Source of the DNA: Octopus sinensis
Lineage: Eukaryota
Length of the DNA: 64,000 nt
Direction: 5' to 3'
Assembly (NCBI RefSeq): GCF_006345805.1
Contig: NC_043002.1
Coordinates: 39,928,001-39,992,000, forward strand
The notes under the pieces are model-generated. The model searched no databases and was not told the origin of the DNA. It was given only the letters and a program-made list of their open reading frames with translations. Position numbers and translations under genes: made by a program. Positions 39,978 through 52,896 of the stretch are shown here, piece after piece; the first letter of the stretch is position 1, and the number at the start of each line of letters is the position of its first letter.

Positions 39978-40375
39978 TAGGCACAGGTATGGCTGTCTGG
40001 TTGTAAGAAGGTAGCTTCCCAACCACATGGTTTTAGATTCAGTTCAATGCATGCCACCTTAAACAAGTATTTTCTACTACAACCCCAGGCCAACCAAAAC
40101 CTTGTGAGTGGACTTGGTAGACAGAAACTGAAAGAAGTCTGTCAGATATATATATATAAGTGTGTATCTGTGTTTGTCCCCCTACCATCACTTGACAACC
40201 GATGCTGATGTGTTTATGTCCCCATAACTTAGTGGTTTGACAAAAAGATAGATAGAATAAGCACTAGGCTTACAAAGAATAAGTCCTGGGGTCGATTTAT
40301 TCAACTAAAACCCTTTAAGGTGATGCTCCAGCATGGCCGCAGTCAAATGACTGAAACAAACAAAAGAATAAAAGA
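39978..40375 (+). mobile_element. SINE family A
   Basis: Full head-to-tail match. Confidence 0.85.
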
Positions 40376-41084
40376 ATGTGTGTGTATATATATATCATCA
40401 TCATCATCATAATTTTACTTTTGTTTTCCATGCTAGCATGGCTTGGATGGTGTGATAGAATCCACTAGTTTGCTGAAGAACGACATTTTGTTCCACACGC
40501 ATGCACACACACACACATCATCATCATCAACATCACTATTCTTCCATCACCTTATCCATCCCAGCTACAACACTTTTTAACATTTTCACAAGCATCATTA
40601 TAAAGGGAGATTTCAATGCCTGCAACATCTCCTGGTTTTCAAATAATACAGATAATAAGAGGTAACATAACATGTTAAAACTAAACTCTCTTTATATTTT
40701 AAACAATTCACACAAACATTTACACATACAAACCAATTGTAAGAGCCCAGACGTCATTTTCTGTGCTAAAACATTAAACCTAAAAACAATGAGGTAACTG
40801 CCATCAAGAATAGCAGCAATCCTGAGAATTAACAACATAATCAACCACCTTTAGAGAATATATTGCTAATTCTTTGTGATTTTTTTAAAGTTTGTAAAAA
40901 TGTCTTCATTGATGTGTGATTGTGTTGTGATGATAAATTTTAGGTGATTTGAAGAAAGTTAGGGACGAAATACCCACACAAGAAAATAATTTTAGATATA
41001 TCCGAAAGGCATATCCCACAAGTAATGTAACAAAAAAATCTAACTCCAGTTACACAGAAGAAACAACCAATATCTTAGAAACCC

Positions 41085-41395
41085 AACCCAACCTCAAATG
41101 CTGTATACTGAAGCCACATAAAAATGAAAAAAACTTCAAGCATAATGTAAGGAAACTACACACAAATGAAATAAAGCTTCAGACATGATACAATGAAACT
41201 ACACACACATGAAATTAAACTGCAAGCAATACAATGAAACTAAATACAGTTGAAATTAAACTTCAAACATAATACAATGAAACTACCTACAGATGAAATG
41301 AAACTTCAAACATATTACAATGAATTTACTCTGAAGCAAAATAAGCTTGTGACAAATACACCAAAACCACATACAACTGAAATAAAACTAAACTC
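41085..41395 (+). repeat. Degenerate ~43-bp minisatellite (~7 units)
   Basis: Unit approximately CATAATACAATGAAACTACACACAGATGAAATTAAACTTCAAA. Confidence 0.8.
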
Positions 41396-41739
41396 GAAAA
41401 TAAAAAAGAAAAGAACTATTCAGAAAGTAACCAACAATCTCTATCCAACATAAACCACAAAATTAACACGAAAACACTACACAGAGTAATTAGCAACATC
41501 AGCGGTAACAATTACACCACTCTCCATGATACAATTGCAATGTCAAATACTATACCCCATACTTCAAAACTAAAAAAACCTTATCAACATTTCTTGAAAA
41601 TCAACCATTAAAAAAGAAACACTAAAACAAAAATAAATATACTTTCCACTAAGATCAGGATTTTCTCCACTTCTTGACCTCATCATATACATGAAAGGCA
41701 AAAAGTTTAAAGATTATCAGGGCCAGATAAAATTACAAA

Positions 41740-42123
41740 TCATCATCATCATCGTTTAACGTCCGTTTTCCATGCTAGAATGGTTTGGACGGTTCGACTG
41801 GGGTCTGGGAAGCCAGAAGGCTGCACCAGGCTCCAGTCTGATCTGGCAGTGTTTCTACAGCTGGATGCCCTTCCTAACGCCAACCACTCTGTTAGTGTAG
41901 TGGGTGCTTTTTACATGCCACCAGCACAGGTGCCAGGCGAGGCTGGCAACGGCCAGGATCGTTTGGTGCTTTTTACATGCCACCGGCATGGAAGCCAGTC
42001 AAGGCGGTGCTGGCATCGGCCACGTTTGGATGGTGCTTTTTACATGCCACCAGCACAGGGATCACAACTACAATTTCCATTGATTTTTGATGTTGATGTA
42101 CTTGACTCAATAGGTCTCCTCAA
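41740..42123 (-). mobile_element. Family C (RTE-tailed) repeat
   Basis: (CAT)n head on the + strand and GGTGCTTTTTACATGCCACC three times. Confidence 0.85.
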
Positions 42124-45079
42124 ATGTAAACCTAAAAGACAGAAAAGCTGAAGGAATCACTGTACTTACTAACATTTACAAATACTCTTACATTGAGGGA
42201 GTCTCTGTATGGTTGCACAACCTGCTAGATATAGCAGCTAAATCTCCCTCAAATCACATTCTGCCATTTTACAAAAGCAGGGGAAGGTTACATTAGATTA
42301 TACATTCCTACGCATCCTAAAAATAACAAGGGCATGGCTTGAGTGCTTTTGATCATAACAACAATTATTTGTAACAATAATGCCAAATTCTCAGGCTCTG
42401 GAATCTGAGAAAAATTAAAACAACTCTAAAGCCCAACAAAAATTCATGTGAAAACTTTATACAAGACCATCACTTCCTATACTCATCATCAAATATTTTA
42501 AAAAGGTACAGATTCTTGTCTCAGCAACTTTCAATGTCAGTAGTCCCTGTCACTACATGAAAACTCCTTTTCAAACAGCCAGACACACAAACAACAGCGT
42601 AAAACAACTACAATAACCTAAAGGCATTGTTTCTCTTTCCCACTCAACCGAAACAAGTGTAAGGAACACATATACAGAAATAGCTTTACTGACCCCAAAC
42701 ACAGTTTTAAGATGCTCACTTCCAGCAATAAGTGCTGAGAAGCAACAACTGTTGTGCTCCAACTGAGTCTACTTTACTCATTCTCATTGTGACCACCACC
42801 AGAATCTACAGTCATATAGGAATTAACTGGACAATGGGGGAAAGATGATATATTAGCTCCATGCAAATAGGGTAAAATATGATACATTAATTAAAACGAT
42901 GTTGAAGAACCAGCAGATGTTTTTTTAGTCAAAGAAAAATAAATGTGAGATTTTCTTCTTATCTAAGAAACCATCATTGGTATTAACTTTGTAGTCAGAA
43001 GCTGGATTTTCCTTTAGTGAATTCATATCTTGATAAGCACATATGACCTTGCCTGATTATGCCAGATGAGTTCTCTGATTGTTAGAACCACATTTATAAA
43101 TACACAAATGGTTACATGTCTCAAATAGTTACTTGTCTCATCAACAAATGTTATTCATTCAAAGAAAGAAAGCCTCTTTATTGCTGCACAGTGTATTCAA
43201 TTGAGGGAGCCACTATTTTGTCACTCAGCCTGCAAGAAGCGGCGCACAAATTCCCTTCAAATCAGATCATGCTGTTTTATATTTATTTCTTTTTAAGTCA
43301 TGGCTTTGATAGAGGAAGAAAGGCATTGTGCCCATGAAGTGTTTTTGCAGGAGTTCTAAGATCATTTAAATGGAAGAAAGAAACCATGACTCATGGGTTA
43401 TTATCAGACAGCTAGCCTGGTTTACACACTTGCAACCAAATGGACATCACTAAAAGTACAAAGAACCAGGTGTTGGTCTTAAACTAGACACAGGTGAGCC
43501 TAAGACACAAAGAAAAGAGATACATAATCATAGTTGTCACGTAACGTCCATCTTCCATGGTGGTATATCTTGAATGGTTTGACAGGAGCTGGCAAGTCAG
43601 AGGACTTCACCAAGCCCTACTGTCTGTTTTGGCATGGTTTTTATGGCTGGATGCCCTTCCTGATGCCAACCACTTTACAGAGTGCACTGGGTACTTTTTA
43701 TGTAGCACCAGCATACATTGGATAACACAGCTCAAGATACACAATATCTTAATATATGTGGTGGTCATGAATGGAATGTCTTTGGTCATCAGTTTACTTA
43801 GTCATGCAGGCGTAGGGCTGAACAACAACAATCTGCTTGATCTAACTGACAATTCTATTTCAATGACTTCCTTACATTATTTTAATCATTTATCCTTCAG
43901 ATTACTCTATCAATTGTAATGCTTATTTATTCCCATTGCTTTGAATTAATCATGTGTTATCTCATAGCTTCAAGATTTTGATGATGTGATTGTTTATTTT
44001 TAGGATAACATTGTCACGTAGATGTGAGAAGCTGGATGTGGTCAGTTTGGATATGAAACAGTTGGAATATTTTGGTCAGATGTGATCAGTTTAAATGTTA
44101 GAGGGTTAAATATATTTCAGACTTTATGCTCACAATGAAGAGAGAATGAGTATCAATCAAACAACGAAACCATGATGATAATGAGTGACACTGTCTTAAA
44201 AGCAGTGTCGTTCATTTCCAGTGTTCTGTGAGAACATATCTTGCCATGGGAAAATGTTACTTTGTTTGGAAACAGGTGACAGTTGGTAACAGAAAGGGAA
44301 TCCAGCCATAGAAAATTTATCTTAATAATCTGTCTGATTGATGCAAGCATGGAAAAATGGATGTTAAAAAGAGAATGATGATGATGATGGTAGTGGTCGT
44401 GATGGTGATGATGACGAGGAGGAAGATGTTGATTGGTAAGAGGAAGGCTTACAAAAGGCATGGAACAACCTCTTCTGCCAGCCAGACCAAACTGAAAAAA
44501 CAAAGAAGTAGCAGATATGATGGGCATCATATCTGCTAATTCTTTCATATTGTATTCACCAGTGATATAATATAGATGCTGGCATGATGTATGGTTGGGC
44601 AATTTGCTTCCTAACTACATGGTTTGGGGTTCAGTTCCACAATGCAGCACCCTGGGAAAATGCTTTCTACTATGAAGGTGCTGGAATACGCATCCCTTCT
44701 CTAACTTGGTTTGTAAAACTGTATACAGTAATGTCCTTTACTATTATTGTATATATAACATAATGCAAACGTGTAGCTTTTTTGTGCATTTTGTTTGCAG
44801 AAAATAAAGAAATAACAGTAATAACGTTTAATAAATGTTGATTACAGCAAATTATGGATGATTCTTTTAGGACTTCATTGCTTTCAGGCTTAGCTTAAGG
44901 TATTTTTGCACCCTACATCACAAAATGCGTCGGAATAAACATTGCCAGGCAGCAAATAGAGACTCGGACATTGCTTAGAAAATAATTTTCATTTTTAACC
45001 TCGTATATAGTACGCACTAGGGATTTTGACCATTAAATTTTGAGAAAAAAATGCGGATTATACTCAAGGATTTACAGTA

Positions 45080-45735
45080 AGTTCACAGGTGTTAAATCTG
45101 GTGAATAGGGCAGGTGTGAAAGTGATACTATGTTGTTTTTGGTAGGAAACTCATGAGTGAGGAGAGCTCAATGAAAAGGTGCATTGTCATCGTGAAGAAT
45201 CCAATTCTTTGTGCTCCACACATCTGGTCGCATTCACTAAATGTTCTCCCTCAAATGCTTCAGAACATTACAGTAGAATTCTCGATTGATGGTCTGGCCC
45301 CAAGGAATGAATTCTCAATGCACAATACCACATTTTCAGACACTTATGGCAGATCTTCCAGATTGCTCATTGTCATCCAAGGACATTTTTCTGCTTTTGA
45401 AGTGCCCACACCACTTGAGACATTGCGTATGACCCATTTGCCTTGTCACCGTAAGTTTGCCAAAGCATGCTCAATGTCTCTGTAGCACATTTCCCAAGTT
45501 TAACATAAAATTTCATATTGGCCTTTTGTTCCTCTCCATGACAAAATCATGGACTACAGCATACACATGATCACAAAAACACAAATTTCACAACTTGCAA
45601 AGTAAACACAGAGATATCACTCAGCACTCTGCTTCATGAAGGTCACTACTAGCTCTCACTGGACACGTAACTGTGTGCTGCCATCTGTTGGCATGCGACA
45701 GAATTTATCTGGGAATGTTTTGATACCACCTCCTA
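45080..45735 (-). mobile_element. Mariner transposon remnant
   Basis: Minus strand gives WILHDDNAPFH...HEF (the mariner HDNA motif). TIR-like end TAGGAGGTGGTATCAAAAACATTCC. Confidence 0.75.
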
Positions 45736-46009
45736 TATTGCTCATGCTAAGTTTGTGTGTGTATGCATTTGTGTAAAGAATTGTATTAAGGCAACACAGT
45801 GATTTAAAAGAGGTAGGTAAATGATAATTCATTTTAATAACGTACTTTTCTGTTAGTAAATATGTTTTTGTTACACATACACACGCATACACATATAGCC
45901 TCACTTGATGTGGAGTGGGAGATTAAAAATTTAAATTACAAATTTTGTTGTTGTTGCTTACATACTAGTAACATCATCATTCCAGAAAATGTGCTTATGG
46001 GGGGGAAAA

Positions 46010-46220
46010 ATATTCTTTTCTACTCTAGGCACAAGGCCCGAAATTTTGGAGGAGGGAGCCAGTTGATTAGATTGACTCCAGTATGCAACTGGTACTTCAT
46101 TTATTGACCTCAAAAGTATGAAAGGCAAAGTCGACCTCAGTGGAATTTGAACTCAGAACATAAAGACAGACGAAATACTGCTAAACATTTTGCCTGGTGT
46201 GCTAACATTTCTGCCAGTTC
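46010..46220 (-). mobile_element. SINE family B
   Basis: Reverse-complement match. Confidence 0.8.
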
Positions 46221-47079
46221 GATGAAAAATATCAATATATGTCAGAGTGGCATAGAAACGAGTAAGGTAGCAGATGGTCGTGGGATCTGCTAGAAACAAC
46301 AGCTAAATCTCCCTTAAATGACACACATTTATACCTGAAAATTATTTTGAAATTATAAAGAGAAACAAATTGCTGGTTTGGACTGTCCATATTTTAAAGT
46401 TATGATTAAAAATAAAATCTGGAGAAAAAAGACAAAATTTTAGGTTTTTATGGAGGGGCGGGGTTAAAGAAAAAGTTAAAAAAGATTTCACTATATATAT
46501 GTGTGTGTATATATATATATACACATACATACGCACATAAACACACACACACACACACACAGAGTCATGCATACACATATGTTCTGTCTGACACAGGCAC
46601 TTATGTAAATTAAACAATGCATATTCTGTATAATATATGTATACACATACACACATATATATAATGTATTTATGAATAGATGAACTGATCTATTTGTGTA
46701 TCTATGTAAGGATATACAGTTGTAAATACATATGTATTTATATATACATGTATGTGCATAGGCAGGTAATATTTAGACTGAAATTTCCCCCCATTACTGA
46801 AAAATTACTTTCAGTTTCTTTATTTCTGCCTTCGACCAATTATTGTGTCTTTCACTTTTATTCATTGATATTCTGCTCAATTTGTTTCACTTTTACAGAG
46901 GGAGAGTAACGGTTTCTACTTCAGTTACAAGGCCAGCAATTTTGAACGATAAGGGTGTTTACATTAACCCTAGTACTTGATTGGTTATTTCATTTTATCA
47001 ACCCCCAGAATCATGAAAAGTATAGTTGTACTTAGTGGGATCATAAGTCAGCATGTAAAGAGCTGGAAGGAATATTGAT

Positions 47080-47290
47080 TTCAAATTTTAGCACAAGGCT
47101 AATGATTTGTGGGGAAGGGGAAAGTCAATTACATTGGGCCCCAGTCCTCAACTGGTATCTATTTTATCAACCCCAAAAGGATGAAAGGAAAAGTCAACCT
47201 TGGCAGCATCTGAACTCAGAACATAAACACAGGTGAAATGCTGCTAAGCATTATACCTGGCATGCTAACAATTCTACCAACTTTCCACCT
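47080..47290 (-). mobile_element. SINE family B
   Basis: Reverse-complement match. Confidence 0.8.
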
Positions 47291-47599
47291 AAAGAGCTGG
47301 AAAAAATATGAAAATCATTTCAAAATTTTTCAGATTTAAGAGTTTTTCTCTATGTATGTATCATTTATGTCAGTAATAAGATTGGTTGAAAGTCGAAAAG
47401 TAACTTCATTTCATAATTTTTTTCCATCTCAATTCTTAATTTTTGCAGTCTTTACATTCTCTAAAGAGATACATAAACATACATACACAATAAATACACT
47501 ACTGTACAACCACTTACGTGGATACATACATATACATACACAATACATAGTTCTCAGTCAGTACACAGAATGCTACAAGAATCTATAAATATACTTTTC

Positions 47600-48015
47600 C
47601 TTTCATTCTTTTATTCTTTTACTTGTTTCAGTCATTTGACTGCAGCCATGCTGGAGCAACGCCTTGAAAAGTTTTAGTTGAACAAATTGACCCCAGGACT
47701 TGTTTTTTTTTTTGAAGCCTAGTACTTTTTCTATCAGTCTTTTTACTGAACTGCTAAGTTATGAGGACATAAACATACCAATACTGGTTGTCAAGCAGTG
47801 ATGAGGGGTGGACAAACACAGATACAAAGACAAACACATATAGATATATACGTATACATACATATGATGGGCGTCTGTCAGCTTCTGCCTACCAAATCCA
47901 CCCACAAGGTTTTAGTCAGTCCAAGGCTATAATAGAAGACACTTGCCCAAGGTACCAAGTAGTGGGACTGAACCCAGAACCATGTGGTTGGGAAGCAAGC
48001 ATCTTACTATACCCA
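47600..48015 (-). mobile_element. SINE family A
   Basis: Reverse-complement match. Confidence 0.8.
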
Positions 48016-48504
48016 CAAAAAAAAAGAACTTAAAATTTTATTTGCAGTTCAATAAACAACAATAATATAAAATAAAACAAAAGGTGCATCAGCTACAACC
48101 ATCTACTTTTTTTCTTTCCAAGATGCCTTTCCTATCACCTACTATGTTACAATATGGACTGCATGCATTTTATCAGGCCACTGGCCCTACAGTGTATATA
48201 ACCAACTGGACTAAAGAGTCCCCTCTGTGTTGCCTTCATTCAGTTCTTCCAGTCAAGTAACTGAGGTCCTTCACTAACAGCTCATGGATTGTTAGTTTAT
48301 AACATTTTTGTGCAAGATAGAAACACTCTTAATTCCTATTGAATAAAAACATCCCTTAAATTGTTCATGAGATGCCACAATAAAACACATATAGTGTATT
48401 TTAGGAAATTTCAAATTCTGTTCATATTCTGGAAGTTCACAAACCAGACCCCTCCAACCAGAGTAGAACTTGAGGCCAAATAAACTGCCACTGTTGGTTA
48501 CAAC

Positions 48505-49022
48505 AATGAAGGTTCCAGTTGATCTGATCAACAGAATAGCCTGCAAGCTGGCAGAAACGTTAGCACACCAGGCGAAATGCTTATCGGCATTTCATTTACC
48601 ATTACATTCTGAGTTCAAATTCCGCCGAGGTCAACTTTGCCTTTCATCCTTTTGGGGTCGATAAATTAAGTACCAGTTATGCACTGGGGTCAATTGACTT
48701 AATCCCTTTGTCTGTCCTTGTTTAGCCCCTTGTGGGCAATAAAGAAATAAGAACAGCCTGCTCACGAAATTAATGTGCAAGTGGCTGAGCACTCCACAAA
48801 CACATGTACCCTTAGCATAGTTCTCAGGGAGATTCAGTATGACACAGAATGTGACAAGAATGGCCCTTTGAAATACAGGTACTACTCATTTTTGTCAGCT
48901 GAGTGGACTGGAACATCATGAAATAAAGTGTCTTGCTCAAGGACGCAACATGCCACTAGGAATCAAATTCATGATCTTGTGATCACAAACCAAATACCCT
49001 AACCACTAAGCTATGCACCTCC
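48505..49022 (-). mobile_element. Third tRNA-derived SINE (TTGAGCAAGACACTTTATTTC...CCAGTCCACTCAGCT core) with a family B SINE nested at 48545-48749
   Basis: TSD AGAATAGCCTGC / AGAACAGCCTGC (48533-48544, 48750-48761). A partial sibling lies at ~20905-21075. Confidence 0.75.
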
Positions 49023-50120
49023 ACAGACCAAATATATCATTATGATGCAACATGAACAAGTCACCATGACAGCGTTGACCACAACTGGAAATTGTGGGGC
49101 CAAAGAGTTAGCAAATAAGTAAAATGGATTGACCAAGAATTCAACCTGCATAGCAGACTCTGTTTACTGGTAAGTATTTACTACTTTTCAACTCTTATAA
49201 TCAAAACCATCTAGAAAGCTGACCTGTTATTGATTAACCTCTTATCTCAAGGAAGACATACCTTCCATCTATCTGTTTAACACTGCAGAAACTGGAGATA
49301 AAAACCAGACCAGTGAGTCATGTAAGCTCAGGGAAGGGATTTATCTTTAGCTCACATTACGCTTTACTGGCTTCTTAAATATAATTCTTACCAAACGAAA
49401 ATGTTTTTATTATGTCAACAGCTGGAATATTTTATGTTTTGTGTTAAACCAGAGAAAAGTTTCACTCCAGGATGAAGATTGAAATTAATGCTTCAACAAC
49501 AAAATTTGTGTGGTATATTTTTTAATCTTCCAATTTAGAAATTTTTCTTTCTTATATATATATATATATATATATATTTTCGTTTGTTTAATGGAGCTAC
49601 AAAATCTACAAACAGAATCAGTACTTTTCAGTTAAAATTTCAACAGCAGTATAATCTTTACACTTTGTTCAATCTCATCCTATGTTGTTTTGATTAAACA
49701 AAGGTAACATCCAAAGCGGCCTGGAGATTTAGCTTCCCACACCTATAGCCAGAGTTCTATTTCTTTATATCTAAAGAATTACAATGCTTGCAGCCTCAAC
49801 TGCATTACATGTAGCATTCCTGAACTTAATATGCAACAACATTCTCCTCTTCCGATTTTATTGTCCATCATACATTCAACATATCTTAACCAGGATTTCC
49901 TTTCTCACTGGGCTTTACTCTTTTCATCAGCTTGGTTTTACAGCTTCCCAGTGGGTGGTGGAAGAGAACTAAGAACTTAAGACCCAGAGAACAAGTTAAA
50001 TGTGTATCAGTAGAAAAAGTCTACCTTGAAATTATGGAGTGAAGAAAAGGCAATAACAAAGTGTGTGTATATATACCAACATCATCATCACCATCGTTGT
50101 CATTGTTGTCGTCGTCATCG

Positions 50121-50151
<31 letters not shown>

Positions 50152-51551
50152 TATCATTTATCATCTATCTCCCATGTGTTGGACAGTTTGCCAGGATCCA
50201 ACAAGCTGGAGGACTGCATCGAGCTCCAGTGTCTGCTTTGATGTAGTTTCTACAGCTGGATGACCTTTACTAACCATTCTACAGAGTCTGCTGGGTGTTT
50301 TTTTCTCATGGCACCAGCATTAATGAGGTCACCAAAAAGCTGCAAGATAAAGAAAAGGTCCCGCCCCTAGGGATTATTAACAGAGAGGGTAGAAAAATAT
50401 GAAAATACATCAATACGTGTGAGAGTGACAAAGAAACGAGGAAGGTGGTTGTGGGATGTGCTAGAAACAACAGTTAAATCTCCCTTAAATTACACACCTT
50501 TTTGTCTGAAAATATTTACAATTTCTTTTTTTTTTTTTTCTCAAAAAGGCTTCTCCCATGGTTTTTACGTTTGTAGCACCAAAAAAATTGACAAAATCGG
50601 TCCAGATGGGGGTGGTGAAGTGGGTGAAGTAAGAAGAAAATATCATAAATTTTCAAAAAATTTTTTTCGTAAAAAGATTCCTCACCATCATCATTTCAAA
50701 AGCCATGGGCAAAAAGCAAAAAATTGTAAAAATCGCCATCAAAGTGGAGAGCAACAAACTTATGTGGGCATCCTGATCTGAAATTCTGCCATACATATAT
50801 GTGTGTATGTAAGTATGTGTGTGTGTATACACACACACATACACATGCAAAAATATATGATGGGATCAGGGTAGGGTTTGCAAATTAGCTATACCATTTC
50901 TGGCATGATAGAGAGGAAAATGTATGAAGTATCTCTCAATGTGGATTTTCAAAAATTATTTACAAGATACATCATGTCAGCATTTTGTGGTGATACTGAA
51001 AAGAATATACTGTCAATTCTTCTTGCAGAATGTTTTTTGTTTTGTTTTTTGTTTTTCTTTTGGTGGCCATCATTCATATGTCAGATATACAGATCTGACA
51101 ATCAAGGTTGTCTGTGTAATGACAATACATGCCTGAGGAAAGGGAAGACTCTGTGAAGGGTTGGTGGTGGAGGTGGCCTTCATCATAGGAGCAAGTAAGT
51201 GAGATTAGGGTTAGTGAGTAAGCATATTGGAGAAGGGAAGGGAAGAGAAATAGCTGGAGAGATGATTCAGTCCTGAACTATCTTTGAATTTAGAAATGTC
51301 ACTCATTATTGAGCAATCTACAAGAAAGCTTCCAATTTGTAATAGAGGATTATAATGTGTATGTGTGTGTATGTATTATATACCTCATGTATGCATGTAT
51401 ATATGTAAATGCATATACACAAACACAAAGTGACATGTATGTGTGTGTGTGTGTGTGTGTGTATGTATATATATATATATATATAAATATATAAACTTAC
51501 TTGGAAATGGATGCATGGTGTTCAATTAAATAATAATATTATATATATATA

Positions 51552-51908
51552 ATTCATCACCCTCTTGTACTATCTTATATCCCTCCCTACCACTACACAC
51601 TCAATAACACTATAAAATGGTCAAATTTTTTTCCCTTGATCTTAGACCCCCCTTGGAGTAAACATTCTGACCAACTACAATAGAAACCAGCAAAACAATT
51701 TTTTCTTCTTCCCTCTCTCCCTTTTCTTCCTTCCTTTCTTTTTCTTTAACACTTCCTTCAGATACAAAAACACACATGCACGCACACACACACACACACA
51801 CGCATGCTCTCTCTCACTTTTTCCCCATTCATCACCCTCTTGTACTATCTTATATCCCTCCCCACCACTACATACTCAATAACACAATAAAATGGTCAAA
51901 AATTTTTC
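51552..51908 (+). repeat. ~78-bp direct repeat, 275 bp apart
   Basis: ATTCATCACCCTCTTGTACTATCTTATATCCCTCCC... at 51552 and 51827. Confidence 0.85.
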
Positions 51909-52334
51909 CTCACAAGAACTTAGTTCAATTTGAAAAATCCACTAGAATGGACGAAAGCGCTAATATATGATATATGATATAAGTTATATGATGTATAAAA
52001 ACATGTAATATACAAATAAATATCTGTAAATATAAAACCATCCGAATTTCTGAGTACCTCATTTCTTCTAATATAAAATACCTGTATATCATATCCAAAC
52101 CTTCTAATATATATATGCATATATGGGTACAGGATGTCACCAACAGTCAACAACATGAAATCCAAAAACAAATGAGTTAAATACACAAATAACGAGAGAA
52201 AAAAGGACAAGTAATACAAAGAATGACCCTTCATCAGTTGTCGGCTGTCTATCTACTCCCCATTTTGAGCAATCAACGACAATATGAGTCTACAAAGACA
52301 GTCACTCCCATAAATACCAAAATAAGATGGAAGG

Positions 52335-52685
52335 CTAGTACTTATGCTATTGATCTTTTTTGCTGAACCGCTAAGTTACAGGAATGTAAACACACCCACA
52401 TTGGTTGTCAAGCATTGGTGGGAGGACAAACACAGACACAAACACACACACACTCACACACACACACACACACACATGCACACACACATACATATATATA
52501 CATATGTGTGTGCATGTGTGTATATATATATATACAACAGGCTTCCTTAAGTTTGCATCTACCAAATCCACTCACAAGGGTTTGATCTGTCCAAGGCTAT
52601 AGTAGAAGACATTTACTTAAGATGCCATGCAGTAGGACTGAACCTGGAACCATGTGGTTAGGAAGCAACCATCTTACTACACAGC
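52335..52685 (-). mobile_element. SINE family A
   Basis: Reverse-complement match. Confidence 0.8.
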
Positions 52686-52896
52686 TACATACATACATAC
52701 ATACATAAATACATACATACATACATAATAAACAACTGACAAGCAAACCTGTGGTATTGAGCAGAATATTTGCTGTAGCCCATCATTTACACCAAGACAA
52801 AACAATGTACATGATGACACTTCCAATCAGTTAAGATCAGAAGCCATGAGAGCCACTGCCTGGTACTGCATCAGGGCATTTATTATTATTATTATT

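Larger units (their letters stand above)
40580..42830 (+). mobile_element. Highly degenerate Jockey/I-type LINE (APE endonuclease and RT remnants), interrupted by younger insertions
   Basis: SIIIKGDFNACNISWFSNNTDNKRGN and SPDVIF (APE motifs) at 40590-40765, with scattered RT-like remnants downstream. Confidence 0.55.

Noticed and set aside
49029-49175. Strong donor CTG|GTAAGT with an upstream acceptor-like CCACAG
   Set aside because: No coding signal. It could be a non-coding exon but cannot be supported from sequence alone.
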